Made by a program: the position numbers and the translations under genes. Shown here in pieces: positions 27,901-38,676 of a DNA stretch of 64,000 nucleotides (position 1 is its first letter; every line of letters starts with the position of its first letter). Source of the stretch: Lepidodermella squamata (lineage: Eukaryota; Animalia; Gastrotricha); NCBI GenBank assembly GCA_047495785.1, contig JBLDXI010000074.1:496001-560000 (forward strand), given 5' to 3'. Under the pieces are notes generated by a model. It did not search any database. It was not told the origin of the DNA and saw nothing but the letters and a program-made list of their open reading frames with translations.

Positions 27901-30900
27901 TTGAATAAAAATCCGATTTTTATACGAGAAAACATTTAATACAATTTTACTCACATTATTAGCGCTGTATAGAGCCGAGCTGATGACAGACCCGTTGCCT
28001 AGACTGTTGCCCAGCGTGTAATTCCGCATAAAAGCCTTGGCCGCATTCGAATTCGGAAAATCGTAGTAGTTGTAGCGAACAACCGACGACGCGCCGTACT
28101 CGATATAGGCCGTGCTGATGTAGACACAAGGCTCCAGCTCATTCGCCAAATCAGTCATAATCGGCTGAACATTCGCGTTGAAGCCATCCTGGTCGAAACA
28201 CGCCCGGTCGTAGATGTAAATCGTATCCGGCTGGTAGCAAATCGACACAGCGGTTGTAGTCGGAGATGTAGGACTCGTCGACTCAGTCGACGTGGCTGTC
28301 GAGGTCGAAGTTGCTGCCTCAGTTGTCACATCGGGTAAAATCGACGAGGTTTCGGTATTTTGAGTCGTTGACGGGGTGCTGGTCGATGGGCTCGAAAACG
28401 TCATCGCCTCAGGCAGCATAATCGCCTCCATCCAGGCAGCGATTTCGTCGCTGGTTGAATTAACCGTGTTGATATCAACAGCTCGGAATAACTGAGGCGA
28501 ATTCGCTAGAATATTGAGGTAGACCTTATCGTAGGTGTCGCCGAAACCGAGCAGCGAGATCACGCCGCCGTTCATTCGAAGCGTTTCCGCCTGCTCCATG
28601 GCTTTGTTCACAAAATCGGGGTTGTGGCATGTGAAAACGAACACGTAGGTCGGGTTGTCGAGGTCTTTGCTTTGAATGCTTCGCAAAATCTAAAAAAATT
28701 GAATAAAAAATTAGTGTTAGAAATGGAAATTTCGGATTTCGAGTAATCGGAAAATGTGTAGCTCAATCATTTCAATACGAAGCTCATTGTACAATTCATC
28801 TTCAAACAAAATTAGAGTGTTATCAAGCAGCTTGAGTGTTTCCCTTTCATCATAGATCAATCGATCAAAGCATATTAAACGGGAATTACTGGGGTGGAAT
28901 TTTTCACTGAAGACAAAATGCTCAAAGCGGGGGAAGGAATCATCAAAAATTTAGCACGTCTGATATATGGACTAGTTTTTAGTTGCTCATTTGCGTTAGC
29001 CATTTTTCGCGCAATAATTTTTACCAAGTTTGCACTATGCCACCGGCCCCGGCCTCAGCCGCAGCCGTTCACCATCAACAGATGCAGTACCTGCAGCCAC
29101 TCACCGCTCACTCCACCTGCTAACTAAGTTGAAGTACTGTTGGACAAAATCAAGCAGTTGCTGGCTGTCATTGTCGAAGCTTTTAACCGCGTTTAAGTTT
29201 CCTCGATGCTTTAAACTGCGATTAGGCGCGAGGCGAGAAGAGAAATACGAAGAGAATAAGAGCGAGCGAGATTAGTAAAACAAAATTTGATCGATGTTTC
29301 TGCTTGCTTTTTACTCAGGGCGGTTCAAGATTTGCTTTAGCTATCCGCGTACCGCGTTTTCAACGCTCGACCAAGCCGATCCGCTCGTGTTATTCGAATC
29401 TTTGACCCCATCGCGTCCCATCTCGCGAATTGACGTTTCGCCGTCGTCCATCGATTCATATATTTCCGCGAAAAAACCGCAGTCCGTGGTTCGAATCCTG
29501 TCGATCATTTCACTAGCGCTAGCCTATCTCGAGTACTACACAAACGTCTACAATTCCAACAATTTCAAATTCGATGCTCTCGAATGCAATTGCCAAGAAT
29601 GCAACTCAGCTGCTGTAAGTCCCGAATATACCCGAAAAAGGTTCACATATTAATCTACAAAGTAGCTTTACTGAACGAAAAATATCAACGCAACGAGTGG
29701 AACGCGACTGCTTCAACTGATTATGAGTGATCAAACATTATTGAAAGTCAACTCGCCCTGAATGAAGGGTGACGGAAATTTCTACAGAAAAATAGTGCGT
29801 TATTAATTACTATAGCGTATGCATATTGGGCATGCAAGCCCGTTAAGCCTGAAATGGCCAGCTTTCATGTCAGGCAACGTCACCACTGCTCCCCCGCTGG
29901 TCGAGGTAAACCAGGAGAATGATCTGATGGTCTATGCTCAGGGCGATAAAGAGAATAATCCACGATAATATGCTCAGACCGATTAGTTGGCCAAAGATTT
30001 GTTTTGACTATTGTTTTGACTTCTCGACACTGCCTGATCTGACAACGCCTCTCTGCACGATTCGTTTTTTTACATGCACCTTTTTCCACGTAGAGCTCTC
30101 AACATTGGGATTATGCTCGATAAATAAATAAATAAATAAATAAGAGCTCGTTAACTTCCGATCATATCGACGCAACATAGGCGCAATTGATCCATTTATA
30201 TTCTGGCAGGTACATTCACTGCCAATCTCGTTTCTATAACTTGACCCAATACTGTTTTTAAATCTTACAGCGAACGAGAGTTCAAGTTGAGAAACACTGG
30301 AAAGCAGTTCATGCAGCGATCTCAGAAATCGAGATCCTATCGATCAATTCACTCTCGAGCACATCTCGAGTACTACACCAAAATTTACAATTCGAACAAT
30401 TTTGAATTCGATGCTCTCGAATGCAATAGCCAAGAATGCAACTCAGCTGCGGCAAGTTTTGATCAACCGCACATCTTTCAGCCCGTTTCATCGTACTCAG
30501 ATCTGGTCTGCGAGTGTTGCCTTTCCAAGTGTGATCCATCTATTTCTCTTGCTGATGACCAGCTCGCCAGTAGCTATACCGTTTGATATTACATCGATTT
30601 CATCTACCATTTTCTTGTATCCGCTCGTTTCCAGTGAGTTAGTTTAAATATGGAAAATTACGACTACATTGGACCTCTAGGGTCTGGATCCTTCGGCAAT
30701 GGGAGTTTGCAGCGGAACAAATTGTTTTCCCGAAACCAAACTACACTAACAAAACCGACATTTGGTCTATGTCTGTATGATGTTTTCTTTAGATCTTTTA
30801 CGAATTTCTCTTTCGCCGAGTATAAAAATCCTTTGAAAATACGAGAACTGGAGCGCGTCATACTAAAGAATTAGATAACCTAGCCGAGAAGAACGAGCAA

Positions 30901-33900
30901 AATTATTCGAGGGCCTTTGATGACTTCCAGCGATTGATGTGCGAGAAAAATTGAAAATTAAAAATTTTCTGCATTTTCCCGTCACTTTACGACGGCGACG
31001 CCGTGGCGGTTAATTGAGATCCGAAGACCCGGCAGACCCGGCAAAAGTAGATGTTCCAATCGGTATGTGGTATTTTATCACTGTAGGGTTGGATTTCATC
31101 AGGATGCTATTTTTCAGAATTCCTGAGCTATATTTTCGAACTGCCTGTCTCCCGTTTTAAGGGTATCAAAGGCCCTTGGCGTAAAATTGTCACTTCGTTG
31201 GAACAAAATGGCTCTGACTACCGGCATCTTGTTAAATTGAATGAAACTGCTGGAGAGAACGAACATGAAACACCCCCAACCCACCTCCAAATTTCGGCTA
31301 ACCACCCCCAAAATGACTAGTTTTTGGCTATTTATTTAGGTCCATTTTTACCCCAATTGGCGACTACCCACCCCCAATTTCTAAAGGCTAGAAAAACCCT
31401 TGACTCAGATTATCAAGATCATCTTCACTCGGGAAATAAATACGCTAGACACTCACCCCGTAGTTGGCGCTGCTAAACGCTTGGGAAAGGCTCGAACCAG
31501 TCGTAGGACCCAGCGTCGGGCCAACCGTATAGTTCAGCATAAACTGCTTCGCCGCATTCGAATTCGGGAAATCGTAGTACGTGTACCGAATACTCGACCA
31601 GCTCTGGTACTCAATGTAAGCCGTGCTGATTTGAACGCAAGGCTCCAGAGTCTGCGACAGGCTCGTCATAATCGGCTGAACCTGAGCGTTGAACGCAGCC
31701 TGGTTGAAACAACCCCGGTCGTAGATGAAAATCACATCGGGCTGGGCGCAAATTGGAACAGCGGGAGTAGTCGAGGTACTACTGCTAGTCGAGCTTGGGG
31801 TCGTGAAATCCGGTACCGTACTTGGAACCGTAACAGTCGAGGTTGAGGTTGAAGTCGAACTATCAGTCGAAGTTCCGGTATTTGTTGTAGTACTAGGCGT
31901 TGTTGTCGACGGGCTCGATAAAGTCAAGGCTTCAGGCAGCATAATTTTTTTCATCCAATTCGCGATTTCGCCACTAGTCGAGTCGATTGTATTGATATCA
32001 ACGGCTCGGAATAGCTCAGGCGAATTAGCTAGGATGTTGAGGTAGTAACTCTGGTAGTTGGGGCCAAAGCCGAGGATGGAGATAACGCCGCCGTTCATTC
32101 GCAACAGTTCAGCCTGCTCCATGGCTTTGTTTTGGAAATCGGGATTGTGGCACGTGAAGGCATAGACGAACGTCGGGTTGTTGAGATCTTTCGTCTGGAT
32201 GCTTCGCAATATCTAAAAAAATTGGAGAAACAATTAGTCAAACCGACATTATCTTAACAATTTAGGTTCCTGCTTCTCCCTTTGGTCGGAGAAGGCGCGC
32301 AGGATGAAACACGTGACATTAGGATAGATGTAAAAGCTAAGCATATCATTCGTTCTTATTGCACACGTAACTGACTTCTTATTCGGTAAGTCATTTTCTT
32401 GCGTCAACAAGTCGGTCAACTTGAAGACGGTCAACAAGTCTCGTGATAGCACTGAATTATACAGGGCGTTCGCGTAGTAATACTCTGCTAAAAATAGCGT
32501 TGCTACTTTTTGCATTCGTTTTAGCCTTTTTGTAGCTATTTTTAGCTCACCCAGAGTATTATTACGCGAACGCCCTGTACTTATTTTTGCGAATATACCG
32601 AAACGAAAGAGTAAATTAGAGAAACTCACGCCGTAATTTGCATTGCTGAAAGCCTGATCTAAAGCCGATCCGGTGCCCAAAGCTGGTCCAACCGTGTAAT
32701 TCAGCATAAACTGCTTCGCCGCATTTGAAGTCGTGAAATCATAGTACGTATACCTCGTACTAGCCCACTGGGCATACTCGACATAGGCCGTGCTGATTTG
32801 AACGCACGGTTCAAGGGATTCGGATAGGCTCGTCATAATCGGCTGAACTTGCGCGTTGAAGGTCGCCTGATCGAAACAGCCCCGGTCGTAGATGAACACA
32901 ACATCGGGCTGGGCGCAAACTGGTTCAGATGGGGTGGTGGAATCCGGCTCTGGAGTCAAGCTAGTAGTTGAAGTCGAAGCCGTAGTTAAAGTAGTCGTAG
33001 TAGTTGATGTTGAGGTCGAAGTCGTAGTCGAGGTCGAAGTCGTTGTCGAAGTCGATGGAGAAGTTGGCGAAGGTTCAATCATAGTCGTACTTCCATCGGG
33101 TAGAGTTGTACCCTGTGGGGTCGTATAATCCGGTAAGCCGGGCGTAGTCGTCCTCGGATGGCCGGTTGCAATGATATCAATTAGGTAACTGGCCGCATCT
33201 TGAATTTCACCGTCATTTCGCACCTGTGTGAAATACCCGGGCGATGATGCGAGGCTTGCGGCGTTTGTTGTGTTGTATCGAGTGCCGAAGCCAATGACGA
33301 CGATTTTCGCGTCTGTTCGCTTGAGCAGCGACGCTTGAGTCGCGGCATCAGCCCGGTCGGACGGGTTCGAACCTAGGAAGGTGACGACGTACGTCGGGCT
33401 CGATGGACGACGGCCAAATTTGACTGTCAGCGCCTGGAATTAAAAATAAAGCGAAAATTTAAAAACATGAACCTTCCATGCAATCATGACGTTTTTCGAA
33501 ATGCTCGCTAAAACATTTGACACAGCAAAGTAGAAAAATACTCTTATTTCTGACGCTAAATTAAAAAAAATGGATACTCGAATGCTAATAAATTCTAAAT
33601 GAATGAATAAAATTGGAAGAAATGCAGCTGAAACGGGTAGAATATCGGGAATCCTCGATATTCTACCTCACCTAGGATATTTCGGGGGTTTTTGATGAAT
33701 TTTTTAGGAGCGGTTTAGAGCGGTCTAGGTCTAGGTTAGCTCCGGTTAGCTAGCGATTCATTCCGGTCTAGAAAATATACCGTGCGATTTGGGCTTTTAT
33801 AAATTTCCCAGTTAAATTCAACATCTGAATCACTCAAAACTCGTTTTCAAATTTCAAATTTTGAGATGACTTTCATTTTTCCTCAAATCCTCTCTAAAAT

Positions 33901-36900
33901 TGGCCCTTCTAAATCGGACCTTCACATTAAAATTCGACCGCGATGGGGCGCGGGACTACGCCAAAACAAATGACACCAAAATAAAAGGCACCACAACAGC
34001 CAAACTTTTTGATTGTTGTGCAACGAGAACAATCGTTTTTCTTTAGCTGTTTCGGAGTAGTCCCGTCCCAGCTGCGCAATTTATGAGCTATAATAAGCGT
34101 ATAGGTGAAATCATTTGGCCAGAGACCAGATTTTGACTATCCATGGAAATTCAAGTTAACAGCAATATTGAGGACAATTTCATCATTAAAACTGCTAAAT
34201 TTTGAGCGGGCTGAAATTTGAGGATTGAAAAATTTCATCAAAATTTAAAATTTTAATATTCAACGGTAAAAGATGTTGTTTTAATTTACCTGGGATCGGG
34301 TAATGCGGAAAGCGTCGCCCACATCCGAACCAGAGCCCATACGCGGTCCAACTTTGTACAGCTCGAGCGATTTACGGGCATCTTCCGGCTTCGTGAAAAA
34401 GCTGAACGGAAACCGCAGAAAACCAGTCGACGTAAATTCGATATACGCAACTTGAATGTCGATGCAAGAATTCAACTTCCGGCCTAGATTCGCCAAAATC
34501 GGCTTAGCCTGTCGGTCGAAAATTTCCGAATTCACGAAATAGCCGCGATCGAATAGGAAAACAACATCGGGCGAGAAGCACTCATCAGTCGACGAAGTTG
34601 TAGTCGAGCTGCCGGCATCAGGCAACGGGCAAGCGGCTGAATTGAGGGCATCTGTCAAATTAACCGTGATATCGCGCAGGCCGCTTCCGAAATAGTCCGT
34701 GTTGAAGTAGAGATCTGGCGAACTGACGGCTTGTTTCGCCAGCGATTCGTCGTACTGCGAACCGACGCCGATGAAAGCGATGCGGATGTTAGATTCCTTG
34801 AGTTCGGTGGCTTCGTTCACGAACTCGTTAGGGCCGTACATGGTCGAGCCGGTGAAAATGATGACGTAGGTCTGGGCTGATGGTCGATGGCCCAAGCTCG
34901 GATTCAGAACCTAAAAATTGAAAAAAATTCTCAATATTAATTTAATAATTCACGGATAAAATTGATTAGAATTTTGTCATTTTGAAATTTTCGACATTTT
35001 TCCAATTTTCATGTAAAAAGTCATTTACAAAATCGTTGTAATTCGTAAATACATAATTGATAGGCGAGAACGAAGTAGCACGGCAATTAACTACCGCAAG
35101 ACAAAGCTCTTCACTCTCTCGATAGTGTCGCGTCTCGCGTCCCTTTCGACTACCGACTACTTTTCATACGCTCCCTCCAATCTCCGAAAAATCACTTCTC
35201 GCACCAACGAGTAAATTATTGATAAACTTTTTCATTTGTTTAGCGCAACCACTCGTGGTCAATTGATGCTTCACGCGTGGCTTTGGATCGGCACGCACTA
35301 CTGGAAAGCAATGGCCTTGGGATCGGAAACAGTCAACAACGAGGGTAAACCACCAATTGGGCAGACCATCAATATCACCGGCGTCAGAATGTCCAAAGTA
35401 AAACCAGGGTTACAAAAAGCTTGCCAGCTCCAAACCGACAACGAGATTTGGTTCTCCTTAAAATCCAGGTGGGAGATTACCGCGCAACTTTTGCGTCCTC
35501 ATCCGCCACCAACGCCGCAGCTCATCACCGTTGGCTGGTGTACTGATCGGACATGAGCCATGATACTTTTATTTGAAGTGAGCTTTGAAATCTCACAGAG
35601 AGTCGATCGTGGAGTCCATAGGGTCGATATTAAATCGACATGCGAGCCACGATCGACCTGTTAGCCACAAAGTAGTTTCCAAAGAAACCTTCATACAGTG
35701 GAATGGCCCTAATCCCGCTAACGGCTACCGAAAGCTCCAACGATAAGGCAGTTATACGCTACCAGAAGAAACTAGTTTCCCTATGAATCGGAAAACTCTT
35801 CCCAAATTTTCCCCGAGTGTGTATGATGCAATGGGAAATGGGAAAACGAATTCTTAGAGCAGATAACTAAGGCGGGAACCTAAAAATTATCATTTTAAGC
35901 TCATTTTTAGGATTGGGAAGTCGCTATTTCCCAACAATCTTACCGCTTCGCGGTGAAATATCGAACTGCTGTTTCCCCGAAAATTCCCCACAAAATGTGG
36001 GTTTGGAGGCCCAAAATTTCCCACCATGATTGATGGAACTCTACCAGCCCTGGACATGACTTTCTGTCTCTAAATTCTCCTAAATAGCTGAATTCGCCAT
36101 ATAAGTCAGATTTCAGAACTATTGCAGACCAAACCAAGCTCAAATATGGCGAAATTCCTTTAAGCTCACATATACAATGAAAGCAAAATGTTCCCGATCA
36201 ACCCGCCAATCTAAATACCTGCCCCTAAATTTTGGCTCCTACAACTTTTGATCTCCTTGAGAAAGAAATTCCGAGGTAACACAAAAATATCCAGGTTTCC
36301 TCGAGTCAAAAAATTCCCCAATATTCCCCAAAAAAGTTAAATGACGGCTTTGCTAATGGCCTCCCAGAATTTTGATGAATCAATTTTGGTATTATTGAGC
36401 CATTTTCCCAACTTTAACTTTCATTAGATTGTAGTAATCAGTTAATTAAGAAAGTTGGCTAAAAAATAATAGTAACTTTCAGACTCATTTGCCGTGAGTA
36501 TTAGGCTCAACACGTAACGTAACAAATTCTTGAAAGCATAATACTAAAAAATAAATTGAAAAATGACATGAATTTTCGCAAACAAAATCTCTTCTAAAAC
36601 TGAATATTTGAAAATTTACCTGGTCTTTAATGACTTCCAGGCCTTCGCCAAGCAGAGCAAAGGTGCCAAGGCTCTCGCCAACGCCATAACTCTTCATGTA
36701 AGCAACAGCGCGATCCGTCGGGTTGTGCTCGCTCAAATCCGACCGCAAATTGACGTAGGCGCCGGTTTCGACGAAAGCCACGCGAACATCAGCACAGGCA
36801 CTGAGCCGCCCGGCAATGCCAGCCAAAATCGGCCGGATAATCGTGCCATAACGCAGGCTCGTAAAATAGTACCGGTCTATCAGGAAGACCAGGTCAAGGT

Positions 36901-36979
36901 CCGGGCATTGGCAGGTATTAGGCCCGGCCGCCACCGAGCTGACGACGAGAAGTGCCAGCAGTACGGTGGATAGATGCAT
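9928..36979 (-). CDS. Gene A: Pif/BMSP-like secreted matrix protein, 9 VWA + T/S linkers + chitin-binding type-2 (CBM14) modules + LamG/ConA-like domain (~2680 aa)
   Basis: Exons (minus): 36979-36620, 34910-34290, 33433-32630, 32212-31457, 28689-27955, 25395-24610, 22656-21940, 19212-17983, 15876-14315, 13074-12840, 10167-9928; all GT-AG and in frame. Signal peptide MHLSTVLLALLVVSSVAA. CBM14 motifs NPNDCHSFYQC..CPFGTYF..C and CAEFFTC..CCPQGTGFD..C (~15135-14570). LamG motifs LLYLPFE, WNQVCLVY, FYGLIDSV. Confidence 0.9.
11275..11556 (+). pseudogene. Ulp1/SENP-like cysteine protease C-terminal fragment (transposon-associated type)
   Basis: Frame not in the ORF track: TIDFFACPKQHNGSDCGFHLVTNLAESLHGRDPATVEYDVEQLRPW...MRFP; QxNGSDCG catalytic-Cys motif starts at 11350; upstream His/Asp half not found. 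Confidence 0.65.
13620..13981 (+). mobile_element. Tc1-family transposon 3' remnant
   Basis: PAYSPDLSPI (SPDLNPIE-like), frameshift/deletion, then PRTVPELHEAVTKIWSEI..LYDSMPRRMAAVIAAKGGPIDY* (stop 13830). Right TIR ...TTTTGTCCAGTAGTG followed by TA at 13982-83; left TIR not seen. Confidence 0.85.
15228..15365 (-). repeat. 63-bp (21-aa) tandem repeat in gene A linker
   Basis: GSTNTVLPDATAPEQPSSTLPD / GSTNTVLPDTTPPEQPSSTLPD. Confidence 0.85.
16330..16445 (+). pseudogene. Short second copy of the LicD-like gene fragment
   Basis: DKDTPAPHIHCLYLEWTER then (shifted) FFVHLLREFLPHF aligns with GQDTPAPHIPCLYLEWPER..FSVQLLREFPTHF at ~22770-22880. Confidence 0.65.
16600..17350 (+). mobile_element. Heavily decayed LINE (CR1/L2-like) ORF2 3' remnant
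   Basis: Fragments AYSAIVPSQQYRRVWH and NTERFSWMSAVSRYWNIL resemble post-RT LINE motifs; many stops. Confidence 0.35.
20028..21039 (+). pseudogene. Decayed unidentified gene fragment, antisense in intron
   Basis: The 20028 frame reads on past a single stop at 20334; candidate 52-nt GT-AG intron 20543-20594; basic C-terminus PRKKRQRKN. Confidence 0.3.
22750..23420 (+). pseudogene. LicD/fukutin-family nucleotidyltransferase-fold pseudogene fragment
   Basis: Removing a 56-nt GC-AG intron (22917-22972) gives PCYGTLLGFRRESDLIPFDDDIDIMV, the GTLLG..R....IP(W/F)DDDxD signature; stop at 23061; later WP and VYPL remnants. Confidence 0.75.
26424..27076 (+). repeat. 326-bp tandem duplication, apparently exact, within a coiled-coil pseudogene
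   Basis: 26424-26749 repeated at 26750-27075 (ORF pairs offset by 326); older diverged copy at ~26110-26325. Confidence 0.9.
27405..27695 (+). mobile_element. pogo/Tigger (DDE_1) transposase remnant
   Basis: RKLFAWDAIRCHLTDSVK; then, across frameshifts, IVLAGC and QAADLAWNKPFKDEFRDQYDEYM..YTKSGNMNPP..VCQWLLKA. Confidence 0.8.
29526..30450 (+). repeat. Dispersed 88-bp direct repeat (29526-29613 and 30363-30450), exon-like
   Basis: Both encode LEYYTxxYNSNNFxFDALECNxQECNSA and are followed by a donor-like GTAAGT/GCAAGT. Confidence 0.8.
29770..30142 (+). mobile_element. Decayed LINE 3' end with (TAAA)5 tail
   Basis: (TAAA)n at 30121-30142; weak upstream FYRKIVR / RAIKRII fragments. Confidence 0.35.
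33946..34069. mobile_element. Small MITE-like inverted repeat element
   Basis: GGGCGCGGGACTACGCCAAAACA ... TGTTTCGGAGTAGTCCCGTCCC, imperfect ~22-bp inverted repeats. Confidence 0.5.
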
Positions 36980-38004
36980 CGTAGTGATTCACGCGATAAT
37001 TTTCTTGCTAACTGTGAATGAGTTATTAATGAACATTCAAGGAAAAAATTTGTGAGGAAAAAGCGAACGAACCTTTCCAGGTCGGGGCAGCATCGCGTGC
37101 TCAAATATCGCGCACGTGCCGTTGCGCAACATCCGTAAGTACATCATGTGAGTAAGCCACGGCTGGCTAGACTGTTTAAATTAAAATCTAAAAACAAAAT
37201 GAAATTTTAAATCGACCTAAATCTTGGCGTCATTTACGGCCAAAATCATGGCGAAAGCCTATCAGTAAACTCCTAAACTCGGTCATTTAAATTTAGAGGT
37301 ATGGTTTCCAAGGAAGTAAAAGAAGGCATGGTATCTCCAACTAATCATCCGATCGAATAAAGATCGAATAAAATGATCGGAGATAAATGACGTGAAAATG
37401 TCGTTTAATGAGTTTGCGCGTTCGCTTTCTGCTCGCCACGTGGTCTCAGGAAAAAACGCACGTTGAAGATTCACGGTGACCGGGCCTTGATTATTATTTT
37501 TTTGTCTATTTTCATTGATAAAACGCAAGCTCAATAATTTGGAGGGTGCCAACAATTCAGGAGGAAAACAATTTTTTTTATCTGGCACGTGTCTCATTTC
37601 ATCCGACAACCAAAAATGTCAACTGGAATCACCGGTATTGAATAAGCCTAAATATAATCTTCGGGAACAATTTTTTCGCAATCAATAAATAAGTCATTCC
37701 GTTGATTTGATTTGATTCCCAACTCTAGCGGACCTAACTCATGAGATTTCTGGCGAACCTATAAGTGGGTAGATGTTAGGTTTTCGGATGAAATCAGACA
37801 TTCGTCTGAACAAAAGAAAACTGATTTCGAAGAACTCTGATTAGGAGTAATGAGCGCTAACCAATTTCGCTATTGAGAAACCTGAAGTGAGTTCTTGATT
37901 GGCGGAATTGTTGAGCAGTGGTATTTCTCGTTTGGTTCGATACCAAACATGAACGCAAGCGGAATCAAGTTCAAATCTTCGAGTTTTTATAAATGGGTCT
38001 CCCT

Positions 38005-38270
38005 TTTACCGGAACCAAAGTTACAGTAGCGGAACCAAATTTTGGAATTTTCTAGTGGCCTGATATCACTTCTCGGATATTTCTTGCGGATCAAGATTGA
38101 TCCATTAATTCATTAGAAATCACCAGAAATTCGGCTTACCATTCTCTATCAGACAGAGTGTTTAAATCAGAACTCATGCTTCGCCTACAATTGGTAGAAT
38201 TACTGTAAACATGACTGGTGGCATGTTGGCATGACTTTGGTTCCGCTACTGTAAATTTGGCTCCGCTAAA
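38005..38270. mobile_element. MITE/foldback-like element, copy 2
   Basis: 35-bp inverted repeats with 3 mismatches, built from a doubled TAGCGGAACCAAA; same family as 1822-2095. Confidence 0.65.
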
Positions 38271-38676
38271 CGATTCTGTGTTTAGTGTTAATGAATTCAA
38301 GCAAATAAAAAATACCGATGAAGTTCTAATTAACTGTAGAAGGTCCCCACGCCGCGTTTGCGACCCTAATTCGTCATGACTACATAAAAATCAAGCATAG
38401 AAAATTCCGTCCGCTTCAATAATTTTCGGCTAAGGCAATATTATTTTTATCAAATATTATTGGTAGAAACTTGGAATATATCAAAACATTTTTATTGTGT
38501 TTAGTATATTGTGTTTGACAGTTTTACGTGCAGCTATATCACTTGTGTTTCATTTTCATAATATCATGAATTCCATAGATAGACAATAAGAGCGTATGAA
38601 AAACTGAAAGATGCGCAAAAAACGAAAGAGAAATGGATACTGTCCAAGAGATTGAGCGCGATTTCTGCTTCGAAAT

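Noticed and set aside
29484-29500. GGTTCGAATCC B-box
   Set aside because: No A box or tRNA structure; lies in the diverged flank of the 88-bp duplicate.
11-33128. Val/Glu-rich + strand ORFs (e.g. 11-373, 2490-2996, 3639-3887, 24872-25228, 31725-32045)
   Set aside because: Antisense shadows of the Thr/Ser linker codons in the minus-strand genes.
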